Shown: positions 40,037 to 48,948 of the stretch, piece after piece
Layout: every line of letters begins with the position of its first letter
Numbering within the stretch: the stretch's first letter is position 1
Source of the DNA: Patescibacteria group bacterium
GTDB taxonomy: Bacteria; Patescibacteriota; UBA1384; XYA2-FULL-43-10; 1-14-0-10-43-13
Assembly (NCBI GenBank): GCA_041666325.1
Contig: JBAYHC010000002.1
Coordinates: 51,635-115,634, forward strand
Reading direction: 5' to 3'
DNA: 64,000 bases
Program-made: the position numbers and the translations under genes
Notes under the pieces: generated by a model
Database searches by the model: none
What the model was told of the DNA's origin: nothing
Seen by the model: only the letters and a program-made list of their open reading frames with translations

Positions 40037-41989
40037 ATGAATGACCTATTAGACAATTTAAATCCCCCTCAAAGAGAGGCCGTGCTCACAACCGAAGGCC
40101 CCGTGCTCGTCCTCGCCGGGGCTGGCTCAGGGAAAACCAAGGCCTTGACGCATCGAATTGCTTATTTGATTAAAGAAAAGCATGTTTCGACGTATAATCT
40201 TCTGGCTGTGACCTTTACTAACAAAGCGGCGGGGGAGATGGCAAGCCGCGTTAGTGATCTGTTGACCGGCCAATCTTATGGTGGTGAGATTGTGAGGCTG
40301 CCTTGGCTTGGGACCTTCCACTCTATCTGTGTTCGAATCCTTCGCCGGGAGTCGAACCACATTGGCTATGATCGCGGCTTTACTATCTATGATGACGGCG
40401 ACCAGCTCTCGATTATCAAGCGTATCATGAAAGATCTCAATATTGACCCCAAGCACTATGCGCCGCAAGCGATTCGTTCATTTATCTCAGGGGCAAAGAA
40501 CGAATTTATCAATGCCCAAGAGTACAAGAAATATAATAATTCTCCCTTCGAAGTCGTGACATCCAAGGTTTACGAGCGCTACGAGAAGTACTTGAGGGAG
40601 GTGAACGCGATGGATTTTGACGATCTCCTGGTGAATTGCGTCAGGCTCTTTGATGAAAATCCACAAGTGCTGGAGCGCTATCAGGATCAGTTCAAGTATA
40701 TTCTTGTCGATGAGTATCAGGACACCAACCATGTTCAGTATTTGTGGGTTAAGATGTTGGCGGCCAAGCATGGGAACATAATGGTGGTGGGGGACGATTC
40801 ACAGTCAATTTACGGCTGGCGTGGAGCCAATTTCCGCAACATCCTGAACTTCGAAAAGCACTATCCGTCTGCCCAAGTGATTAAATTGGAACAAAACTAT
40901 CGTTCTACCCAGGTTATCCTTGAGGCAGCCAACGAGGTAATTAGATACAATCGTCAGCGTACAGACAAGAAGCTCTGGACCAAGAATCAGCGCGGTTTAC
41001 CAATTTCGATCTATGAGGCGCTCAACGAGAAGGACGAATCTGAGTTCATTGCTCTCGAGATTGCGTCACTCGCCAGAACCAAGGGACAAGACGAAGAAAA
41101 AAAGTACTCTGACTTTGCCGTTCTTTATCGGACCAATGCTCAGTCCCGTGCTGTTGAAGAGGCCTTCTTGCGCTTCAATATTCCTTATCGAGTCGTTGGT
41201 GGTATGCGCTTTTACGAGCGCAAAGAAATTAAAGATATCGTTGCCTATCTGCGCGTAATTGCAAACCCGCGTGATTTTGAGGCTTTTGAGAGGGTTGTTG
41301 CGACTCCATCGCGGGGAATAGGCGAGAAAACACTCACTCAAATACGGCAGATTCCTAATTTTCAACTATCAGTCACCAATCAGACGCCGAATTTAGAATT
41401 TTCCATCCCTGGCAAGATTGTTGATTTTTTGGGTATCCTCGATGAAATGAGAGAGTATGCCAAGGATTCTGGCCTGCCTCAATTAATTGAACATATTGCT
41501 GTGAAGTCTGGTTACCGCCAGCATCTTCTGGATGGTACCCCGGAGGGCGAGGGAAGATGGGAAAACGTGATGGAACTGATGACTGTTGCCGAGTCGGTCC
41601 AGAAATCACGCGAGAGCGATGACACTGACAGCCATCTTTCTGATCTGGAGCGTTTTATTGAAAGAGTAATGTTGGCTCAGGACGTAGATGAATATGATAA
41701 GGATAACAATGTTGTAACGTTGATGACACTTCACTCCGCAAAGGGCCTCGAGTTTCGAGTTGTGTTTATTGTTGGCGTCGAGGAGGGACTTTTCCCTCAC
41801 ACTCGGGCATTGGCTGACGAGAGTGAGATGGAGGAGGAGCGCAGGCTTTGTTATGTTGGTATTACTCGTGCAAGGGAGCGGCTTTATCTTTTGTATGCCT
41901 CCGAACGCGTGATCTATGGTCGGTTCCAGTCTAATCCCAAATCTAGATTCATCGAGTGCTTGCCGGACAACCTTATTGACAAAGTATAG
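40037..41989 (+). CDS. uvrD: ATP-dependent DNA helicase UvrD/PcrA family
   Basis: Walker A VLVLAGAGSGKTKALTHRIAYLI, motif TFHS, DEYQDTN, C-terminal helicase domain; start at MNDLLDNL. Confidence 0.9.
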   Translation: MNDLLDNLNPPQREAVLTTEGPVLVLAGAGSGKTKALTHRIAYLIKEKHVSTYNLLAVTFTNKAAGEMASRVSDLLTGQSYGGEIVRLPWLGTFHSICVRILRRESNHIGYDRGFTIYDDGDQLSIIKRIMKDLNIDPKHYAPQAIRSFISGAKNEFINAQEYKKYNNSPFEVVTSKVYERYEKYLREVNAMDFDDLLVNCVRLFDENPQVLERYQDQFKYILVDEYQDTNHVQYLWVKMLAAKHGNIMVVGDDSQSIYGWRGANFRNILNFEKHYPSAQVIKLEQNYRSTQVILEAANEVIRYNRQRTDKKLWTKNQRGLPISIYEALNEKDESEFIALEIASLARTKGQDEEKKYSDFAVLYRTNAQSRAVEEAFLRFNIPYRVVGGMRFYERKEIKDIVAYLRVIANPRDFEAFERVVATPSRGIGEKTLTQIRQIPNFQLSVTNQTPNLEFSIPGKIVDFLGILDEMREYAKDSGLPQLIEHIAVKSGYRQHLLDGTPEGEGRWENVMELMTVAESVQKSRESDDTDSHLSDLERFIERVMLAQDVDEYDKDNNVVTLMTLHSAKGLEFRVVFIVGVEEGLFPHTRALADESEMEEERRLCYVGITRARERLYLLYASERVIYGRFQSNPKSRFIECLPDNLIDKV

Positions 41990-42136
41990 GAAATAGTGTA
42001 TAATAAAGAGGTTGTTTAAATCTATTTGTCGTTTCGAGCGAAGTCGAGAAATCTTATCTGCTGTACTAGCAAGATGCCAATGTTGGCGCAGAGCAAGATC
42101 TCTCCGTTTCAGTCGAGATGACAGGGGGGGAAAGCG

Positions 42137-42364
42137 ATGTACGCAGACGCCTGGGAGCGCATCTTCGGTCGATGGATTGATTCCATCGAAGAGGGCCGCT
42201 GCGATTCCGCGATCCTCTTCTTTGTCGGTTTCACCCTCTATATCCCTAGTTGTGCACTGGGGTTGGCGAGAGTGATTACGCTTGATTGGTGGCTGCCGCA
42301 ACTGCGGCAGCGCATAGAACGTAGGATACCCGCCGCACAGCGACGGGCGAGAGAACTGGCATAG
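42137..42364 (+). CDS. Small GC-rich hypothetical protein (75 aa) with one hydrophobic helix
   Basis: RBS ggggggaaag before ATG; stop overlaps strong terminator; speculative. Confidence 0.3.
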   Translation: MYADAWERIFGRWIDSIEEGRCDSAILFFVGFTLYIPSCALGLARVITLDWWLPQLRQRIERRIPAAQRRARELA

Positions 42365-42385
42365 CCCCCTTCCGGGGCTTTTTTG
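42363..42385 (+). terminator. Rho-independent terminator
   Basis: AGCCCC-cttcc-GGGGCT then TTTTTTG. Confidence 0.8.
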
Positions 42386-42484
42386 TTTGACTTGTTGGGT
42401 CTTAGCTCATATAGTCGCTTCGCTCCTTTAACGCCCTGTATCGATATCGCATTTCTTAAAATCTTGTTATAATGATTAGCGTAT

Positions 42485-43474
42485 ATGAACAACAAAATCA
42501 TCTTCGCGCTTGCCGGGGTAGCTATCTCGGCATCGTTGTACGCAAGGGTTTTCGCACAGAGTTCAACAATCGAAAAGGGAAGCTTATCTCACGAATACGC
42601 TAAGCCGTATTTAGTTGAGGTGATAAATCCTGACGGCACTAAGGAGCGTGAGATTAGCGGAAGAAGCAAGTCAGTCGTTCCTTTTTTGATTGCTAACGAG
42701 TTAGGATCTGAGCCTAATGAGAAGGATCACTTCTCTGCTTTTCCTGATATCCGACTCGGTATTGGTGCCAAAATCACACAGCACATTACGCCAAGCTATG
42801 TTGTGAGTGATGGCCGCAGGAAACTATTGATCCGGTCGTGGGCCGGAAGTGTGCGAGACCTTCTGACTGAGGGCAATATTGATCTGGGAGTAGAGGATAA
42901 AATCAATTTTTCCCTAGACACTCCGCTCACTCTGGACATGTCTATCGTAATTATTCGCGTAGCCCGGACAACAGTTGTTGAGAGCGAGCCAATTGATTTC
43001 AAGACGGTAAAAAAGGACGACCCAACTATAGACAAAGGCCAAACTAGGGTTGAACAGAAAGGCCAAAAGGGCCAAAAGAAACGTTATTTTGAGGTCGTAC
43101 GTGAAGACGGTGAAGAGATTTCAAAAACGCTCAAGAGAACAGAAGTTACGTCAGAACCTATTAGTGAAATTATTCTTGTTGGTACCAAGCCCGTTATTAC
43201 TGTTAGGTGCAAGCATAACGACACTGTGATTGCGGCATCAGCCAAATACAACTATGACCCAAATGCGCTTTGCAGTTTGATGATGAAGGAGAGCAATGGT
43301 AATCCAAATTCGATTGCCAGCGCCGGGTACAAAGGGCTGTTCCAGTACGAGGATGGTTTCTGGCGTGATGCTTCCAAGAAGGCTGGTTATGCTGGCGCCA
43401 GCGTTTTTGATCCAACGGCTCAAATTTATACAACAGCCTGGGCGTTCACTCATGGGTATGCGGGGAGATGGTAG
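42485..43474 (+). CDS. RpfB-like protein: signal peptide, G5 domain, C-terminal Rpf-type transglycosylase-like domain
   Basis: G5-like KTVKKDDPTIDKGQTRVEQKGQKG...; C-terminus CSLMMKESNGNPNSIASAGYKGLFQYEDGFW resembles transglycosylase-like/Rpf motif. Confidence 0.5.
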   Translation: MNNKIIFALAGVAISASLYARVFAQSSTIEKGSLSHEYAKPYLVEVINPDGTKEREISGRSKSVVPFLIANELGSEPNEKDHFSAFPDIRLGIGAKITQHITPSYVVSDGRRKLLIRSWAGSVRDLLTEGNIDLGVEDKINFSLDTPLTLDMSIVIIRVARTTVVESEPIDFKTVKKDDPTIDKGQTRVEQKGQKGQKKRYFEVVREDGEEISKTLKRTEVTSEPISEIILVGTKPVITVRCKHNDTVIAASAKYNYDPNALCSLMMKESNGNPNSIASAGYKGLFQYEDGFWRDASKKAGYAGASVFDPTAQIYTTAWAFTHGYAGRW

Positions 43475-43723
43475 TTGCCAAATCCGAATTTCAAAATGCA
43501 AAACAACAATGAAAAATCCAAAAAGAGTGCAGCTATCTCAAATGGGATTTATCGCCATTACAAAGGCGGAACTTATAGGGTTATTGGCCAGGCCAAACAC
43601 TCCGAAACACTCGAGGACATGGTCATATATGAGGCGCTCTATGACAATGATCTGTCGAGGTTTTGGGCAAGGTCGCTAGATGAATTTGTTGGCGATGTTG
43701 AGTGGGGTGGGAAAAGAGTGTAG
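43475..43723 (+). CDS. DUF1653-family small protein
   Basis: GIYRHYKGGTYRVIGQAKHSETLEDMVIYEALYD matches DUF1653 pattern; TTG start at 43475 or ATG at 43496. Confidence 0.5.
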   Translation: MPNPNFKMQNNNEKSKKSAAISNGIYRHYKGGTYRVIGQAKHSETLEDMVIYEALYDNDLSRFWARSLDEFVGDVEWGGKRV

Positions 43724-43760
43724 AGATTTACATTTATCAACGGATCGTGAACTAAGAATT

Positions 43761-44609
43761 ATGACTCAAGATTCAATTGACCTGACTGACCGTCAGCAAC
43801 TAATACAATACTTGCAAAGGCATCGTCTCTATACTAAGAAGGGCTTGGGGCAGAATTTTTTGGTTGATAGAATAGCCCTGGAGAAGATTGTTGGTTCGGC
43901 TGAGTTGAAACCCGAAGATTGTGTGGTTGAGGTTGGGCCGGGTCTGGGCACTATGACAGAGGAGCTAGTTGCCAGAGCCAAAAAGGTAGTAGCCATTGAG
44001 TTGGACAGGGTGCTAGCCTCGTTGTTGGCAGACAGGTTGGGCGACAGAGCAGAGATAGTGAACGCTGATATCTTGAGAATAAATCTTGCAAAAACGATCG
44101 GGGCTTGCTCTGGCTACAAAGTTGTAGCCAATATCCCATACTACATTACCTCCAGGATTTTGCGCTTCTTTTTGGAGGCAAGCGAGAAACCGTCCCTGAT
44201 AGTTCTGCTGACCCAGAAGGAAGTGGCAGAGCAAATTACAGCAAAACCAGGGGACATGTCATTGTTGTCCGTATCTGTTCAGGCTTATGGTGATCCTGAA
44301 ATAGTTGATTTAGTTGGAGCCAGTTCTTTCTTTCCGGTGCCCAAGGTAAATTCGGCAATTCTCAGAGTGAGGAATATCGGTTGGAAAATCGAAAACCTGG
44401 GCGAGAAAGAGTTTTTTAGATCGGTTCGAATCGGTTTCTCCTCTCGGAGAAAAACACTACTTAATAACTTATCCGCAGGCTACCAATTCAATAAGGTGAA
44501 AACGCTTGGTATACTGGAAAAAGTAGGCCTGACGGATAAGACTCGTGCGCAGGAACTATCGGTGCAGAAGTGGCAGGAGCTTTGTAGCCAATTGAATAGT
44601 GAATTATGA
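43761..44609 (+). CDS. rsmA: 16S rRNA (adenine1518/1519-N6)-dimethyltransferase
   Basis: LGQNFLVDRIALEKIV...VVEVGPGLGTMTEEL SAM-binding motif. Confidence 0.9.
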   Translation: MTQDSIDLTDRQQLIQYLQRHRLYTKKGLGQNFLVDRIALEKIVGSAELKPEDCVVEVGPGLGTMTEELVARAKKVVAIELDRVLASLLADRLGDRAEIVNADILRINLAKTIGACSGYKVVANIPYYITSRILRFFLEASEKPSLIVLLTQKEVAEQITAKPGDMSLLSVSVQAYGDPEIVDLVGASSFFPVPKVNSAILRVRNIGWKIENLGEKEFFRSVRIGFSSRRKTLLNNLSAGYQFNKVKTLGILEKVGLTDKTRAQELSVQKWQELCSQLNSEL

Positions 44610-44677
44610 AATGAGCGCTATGTCTGTAGGCACAGCTCTTAATTCATAACTCTTAATTCATTCAGGATGAGGGGAAT

Positions 44678-46144
44678 ATGACTGTCGTGACCAAGGGTGT
44701 TAGTGCTGAAGCGGTAAGCACTAAGGGGAAGCTCTTCACTATCTCGGAATTTCGCCACGAACTGGGCATTCCGCTGGTTTTGGCTAGAAAGCTTTTGGTT
44801 TGGGGTTTGGTTGAGGGTTATCTTGCCGTTGACGGCACAATTCGAATTACTGAAGAAGAGTTAGCGAAGGCCAGGGAGATATTAAAGAACCCATGGCGCA
44901 AACTGGCTCTGTTTGTAAAGTCGCTTGGTCCTGGGTTAGTGACTGGCGCTTCAGATGATGACCCGGGTGGAATCGGCACGTACTCTTCTGTTGGTGCGGC
45001 CTATGGATTTTCTCTTTTGTGGATGGCTGTCTATTTGTTGCCATTGATGCTGGCAGTTCAGGAGAGCTGTGCTCGTATCGGAATCGTTACCAACCGGGGT
45101 TTGGCTGGTGTGTTGCAGCGCCACTATCGGCGTAACGTGGTAGCAATGGCGGTTATTCTTCTCATTGTCGCCAACGTTGTTAACATTGGCGCCGATCTTG
45201 GCGCTATGGCTGCATCGTTAAAACTGATCTTAAATGTTGACTATGCTCTTGCTGCAGTCATTTTTACAATTATCATAGCGGCTATTGTTATTGCTGTGCC
45301 GTACCATATTTATGCCAAGCTACTTAAGTGGCTAACTCTCTCTGTTTTTGCTTATGTTATAACCGGCATTATTATTCATCCTGACTGGATCACGATCTTG
45401 AGGGAGGCGTTCATTCCACGGGTTACTTTTGAGAAGGAATATCTCTTTGCTATGATTGCCGTATTTGGCACAACGATAACGCCATATCTTTTCTTTTGGC
45501 AAACCTCGGAGGAAGTAGAGGAGGGCAAGATTGAAGTGAAAGAATCAAAGAAACTATCGCTCCATCATCGCATTGGCCGCATGCGAACTGATGTGCGAAC
45601 AGGGATGGCGTTGGCAAATTTGGTTTTCTTTTTTATAATTCTCAGCACGGCGAGTGTGCTCAATGCGAATGGTGTCACCAGCATTAACTCAGCTGAACAA
45701 GCGGCTGAAGCATTGCGGCCATTTGCTGGCGATTACGCATTTTTGCTCTTTGCTTTTGGAATAATTGGTACGGGATTGTTGGCGGTGCCCATATTGGCTG
45801 GGTCGGGTGCCTATGCTCTTTCTGAGGTGATGAAGTGGCGAGAGGGTTTGGAGTACAAATTCTCGCAAGCCAAAGGTTTTTATCTGATTATTGCTTTTTC
45901 GCTTGTTGTTGGACTGTCGCTTAACTTTGTCGGTATCAATCCCATTACCGCTCTTTATTATTCTGCTTTTCTAAATGGTATTATTGCCCTACCACTGCTT
46001 GTTGCTATAATGATCGTTGGCGATGATGAAAGAATCATGGGCAGAGAGACCCATCCTGGGTGGGTTAAGCTCTTTGGTTGGTTGGCTGTTGCTTTCATGG
46101 CGGTAGCAGTAGTTTTGGCCTTGTGGCTTAATTTTGTTAAGTAA
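44678..46144 (+). CDS. mntH: Nramp-family divalent metal transporter with ~60-aa N-terminal HTH-like extension
   Basis: LGPGLVTGASDDDPGGIGTYSSVGAAYGFSLLW = Nramp DPGN motif region; 11 TM; N-terminal FTISEFRHELGIPLVLARKLLVWGLVEGYLAVDGTIRITEEEL resembles excisionase/MerR-type HTH. Confidence 0.85.
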   Translation: MTVVTKGVSAEAVSTKGKLFTISEFRHELGIPLVLARKLLVWGLVEGYLAVDGTIRITEEELAKAREILKNPWRKLALFVKSLGPGLVTGASDDDPGGIGTYSSVGAAYGFSLLWMAVYLLPLMLAVQESCARIGIVTNRGLAGVLQRHYRRNVVAMAVILLIVANVVNIGADLGAMAASLKLILNVDYALAAVIFTIIIAAIVIAVPYHIYAKLLKWLTLSVFAYVITGIIIHPDWITILREAFIPRVTFEKEYLFAMIAVFGTTITPYLFFWQTSEEVEEGKIEVKESKKLSLHHRIGRMRTDVRTGMALANLVFFFIILSTASVLNANGVTSINSAEQAAEALRPFAGDYAFLLFAFGIIGTGLLAVPILAGSGAYALSEVMKWREGLEYKFSQAKGFYLIIAFSLVVGLSLNFVGINPITALYYSAFLNGIIALPLLVAIMIVGDDERIMGRETHPGWVKLFGWLAVAFMAVAVVLALWLNFVK

Positions 46145-46170
46145 TGTCGAGAGTTAGAAAGGAATCTTCT

Positions 46171-46653
46171 ATGTATAAAACAATCACGGCGGTTATTTAT
46201 ACCATTCTTGTTGGCGGACTTGTTGCATTGTTTGTTGGGTTTGGTATCCAGGCGTTCTACCCTAGTCCGAAATTTCCTGAATACCCCCACGAGCTAGAGT
46301 TTGCCAAGGGCGACCCGAGCGAGTACACCGACGCACAAAAAGTGGTCAAGGATGAGTACGACAAGAAGAGTGACGATTACAAAAACAAGCAGAAAGAGTG
46401 GTCGAAAAACGCTTCCGTTATTGCCATAAGTGCCGGACTTATCCTTCTGATTGTGAGCCTGACTGTTTTGCAGCCAGTGCCATTGATTTCGAACGGTTTT
46501 TTGCTTGGTAGCGGTTTTACTTTGATCTATGGGACGGGAACAAGCTTTATGAGTGAAGATAGCAAGTTTCAATTTGCAATGATTGCCGTTACTCTTGTTG
46601 TTGCTATCGTATTGGGATATCTAAAATTTGTTAAGCCGGAAAAGGTGAAGTAG
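46171..46653 (+). CDS. Hypothetical small membrane protein (3 TM)
   Basis: RBS aaaggaa before ATG 46171; hydrophobic helices; no motif. Confidence 0.4.
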   Translation: MYKTITAVIYTILVGGLVALFVGFGIQAFYPSPKFPEYPHELEFAKGDPSEYTDAQKVVKDEYDKKSDDYKNKQKEWSKNASVIAISAGLILLIVSLTVLQPVPLISNGFLLGSGFTLIYGTGTSFMSEDSKFQFAMIAVTLVVAIVLGYLKFVKPEKVK

Positions 46654-46656
46654 AAG

Positions 46657-47364
46657 ATGGATAAGCACGGAATACTGTACATCATTGCAACTCCGATCGG
46701 TAATCTCGAAGATATGACCTTCCGAGCGATTCGGATATTGAAAGAAGTCGATCTAATTGCTTGCGAGGACACTCGTGTTACCAGGACTTTGCTCGATCAT
46801 TATGAGATCAAGACACCGACTGTCTCATACTTCGCTCACTCAAAGTTATCAAAGATAGACTATCTGATCGGACAGCTGGAAGCGGGGAAGTCAATTGCGC
46901 TAGTTTCCGACGCAGGCACGCCGGGAATTTCTGATCCAGGGGAATATCTGATTCGGAGAATCAGGGAAATCCGAAATTCTAAATCCGAAATCCTAAATAT
47001 ATCCCAAACACCAATAGTTCCTATTCCCGGTCCGTCGGCGTTGACGGCGGCGGCATCGGTTAGTGGCATGATTGATAAGGAGTTTTATTTCGCTGGTTTT
47101 CTGCCCAAGAAAAAGGGTCGCCAGACGGAACTAAAAATGTTGTCATCACTCAGCAGTCCCGTCGTAATCTATGAATCAGCTGTTAGGATTGAGCGAACGC
47201 TTCGCGATATTGAGGCGTATTTTGGCGACAAGACACAGGTTTTCATTGCACGGGAGATAACTAAGATGTTCGAGGAGTATTGGGGCGGCAACATTAAAGT
47301 TGTTATCACCGATCTTTCAATCCACAAGCTAAAGGGTGAGATTGTACTGATTGTTAAGAAATAA
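46657..47364 (+). CDS. rsmI: 16S rRNA (cytidine1402-2'-O)-methyltransferase
   Basis: MDKHGILYIIATPIGNLEDMTFRAIRILKEVDLIACEDTRVTRTLL classic RsmI N-terminus; contains 14-nt x2 repeat insertion. Confidence 0.88.
   Translation: MDKHGILYIIATPIGNLEDMTFRAIRILKEVDLIACEDTRVTRTLLDHYEIKTPTVSYFAHSKLSKIDYLIGQLEAGKSIALVSDAGTPGISDPGEYLIRRIREIRNSKSEILNISQTPIVPIPGPSALTAAASVSGMIDKEFYFAGFLPKKKGRQTELKMLSSLSSPVVIYESAVRIERTLRDIEAYFGDKTQVFIAREITKMFEEYWGGNIKVVITDLSIHKLKGEIVLIVKK
46967..46994. repeat. Tandem 14-nt repeat AAATCCGAAATYCT x2 inside rsmI
   Basis: aaatccgaaattct aaatccgaaatcct then aaat; encodes ...IRNSKSEILN... Confidence 0.8.
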
Positions 47365-47384
47365 TAACATGGGGGCAATATAAT

Positions 47385-47879
47385 ATGTCTGATGGAGAAC
47401 ATTATCTTCACGAGGTTGCCATCACGGCCATCGTTGTGAAGGAGGACAAATACCTGATCACGCGCAGATCTCCGAACAAAAAGCGGTTTCCTGGTAAGTG
47501 GGCTGTCCCTGGCGGCAAATTGGAGGCCAAGGATTATTTGGAATTGCCTAAGGATACTGAGTTTTATTGGTACAACGTTTTGGAACGCACCTTGGCGCGC
47601 GAGGTCAAGGAAGAAGTTGGGCTAGATATTGAAAACGTTAAGTATGTCACGAGCCTTGCCACGGTTCATGCTGACGGGAATCCATCGATCGTTATTTCCT
47701 GCATGGCTGACTATGTCGGCGGAGAAGTAGTGTTGCAGGCAGAAGAGTTGGACCAATTTGCTTGGGTTGATCTGGAGGAGGCGAAAAAATATGATTTGCT
47801 AGATGGTATTCATGAAGAGCTGGTTATGACAGAAAAGCTGAGAGTTGGCCAAAAGGCCGAGTGGCAGAGACTTAACTAA
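47385..47879 (+). CDS. NUDIX hydrolase
   Basis: Nudix box GGKLEAKDYL...ERTLAREVKEEVGLDI. Confidence 0.8.
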   Translation: MSDGEHYLHEVAITAIVVKEDKYLITRRSPNKKRFPGKWAVPGGKLEAKDYLELPKDTEFYWYNVLERTLAREVKEEVGLDIENVKYVTSLATVHADGNPSIVISCMADYVGGEVVLQAEELDQFAWVDLEEAKKYDLLDGIHEELVMTEKLRVGQKAEWQRLN

Positions 47880-47902
47880 ACTAATATTTCGGGTGGAGGA
47901 AC

Positions 47903-48523
47903 ATGGTTACAGATATTATTGATATTCTGGCAAACTTCGTCGTCAGCACGATAGACATGATTGGGTATGGCGGAATCTTTATTCTGATGCTGGTTGAGTC
48001 TGCGGGGATACCCATGCCATCTGAGGTTATTATGCCGTTCTCCGGTTTTCTGGTGGCTGATGGCAAGATGGGATTCTGGGCGGTGACGTTACTTGGAACT
48101 GTCGGTAATCTTGTCGGATCACTGCTTGCTTATTGGATTGGCGCCAAGGGTGGCAGGCCGCTGATCGAAAAGTACGGCAAATATATTTTGATCTCAAAAC
48201 ACGATCTAGATTTAGCTGATCGGTGGTTTAGGGATTACGGCAGTGCGACCACCTTCTTTGGCCGCGTCCTGCCAATCGTTCGCACCTATATCTCTTTTCC
48301 GGCCGGTATCGCCGGAATGAATATTTGGAAGTTTTCTTTCTACACCTTCCTGGGCGCGTTGCCCTGGTGCGCGGCCTTGACATATGCCGGCATCAAGATG
48401 GGCAACAACTGGGAGCTGATTCGGGAAAAGTTACATAATTTTGATCTCGCCATCGGTATTACAATCGTTGCGTGCATCGTTCTCTATGTTTGGCGTCACA
48501 TCAAGCACACTAGAGCAGCCTAG
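47903..48523 (+). CDS. DedA/VTT-domain family membrane protein
   Basis: GGIFILMLVESAGIPMPSEVIMPFSGFLVA typical DedA N-terminal region. Confidence 0.7.
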   Translation: MVTDIIDILANFVVSTIDMIGYGGIFILMLVESAGIPMPSEVIMPFSGFLVADGKMGFWAVTLLGTVGNLVGSLLAYWIGAKGGRPLIEKYGKYILISKHDLDLADRWFRDYGSATTFFGRVLPIVRTYISFPAGIAGMNIWKFSFYTFLGALPWCAALTYAGIKMGNNWELIREKLHNFDLAIGITIVACIVLYVWRHIKHTRAA

Positions 48524-48549
48524 ATAACGAAAACCCTGCCGCAAGGCGG

Positions 48550-48825
48550 TCAGGGCCGGTGAGAGAACCAGAAGTTCTGAATGCCTGCAATGTAGGCAGT
48601 TGTGTAAAAAACGCAAGCGATCAAGATTCCCCACTGTTTATGCTTAATGGTGGTATAGAACCAGAATGGCTGAGCGGCAAGACCAACAATCGGGCCATAC
48701 TTGTTTTGCTGTCCCAAGAGGAAAACGGAGCTTGCTCCCATCACCATGATGGCAAGCTGAGAAACATTGTCGAATGTAAGCTTTGGCAACCGTAGCCGTC
48801 TCTTTGACTTGTCCAGTCTGGCCAC
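48550..48825 (-). CDS. Hypothetical small membrane protein (3 TM)
   Basis: ORF only; hydrophobic helices. Confidence 0.3.
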   Translation of the reverse strand: MARLDKSKRRLRLPKLTFDNVSQLAIMVMGASSVFLLGQQNKYGPIVGLAAQPFWFYTTIKHKQWGILIACVFYTTAYIAGIQNFWFSHRP

Positions 48826-48948
48826 CTCCTTGTTTTGTCGATCAGTTGCCGGCTAATAATACAAGAAGACATTCACTAAGTCAATTCACTCTGGAGCAAT
48901 ACTTCCTCTTATGTTAAATTCATGATAGGTAATTAATTTTGGACTAAT

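Noticed and set aside
41606-42301. 231-aa minus-strand ORF
   Set aside because: It overlaps the 3' 380 nt of the well-supported uvrD/pcrA CDS in antisense and extends across an intergenic region with a plus-strand terminator. It has no RBS or motif.
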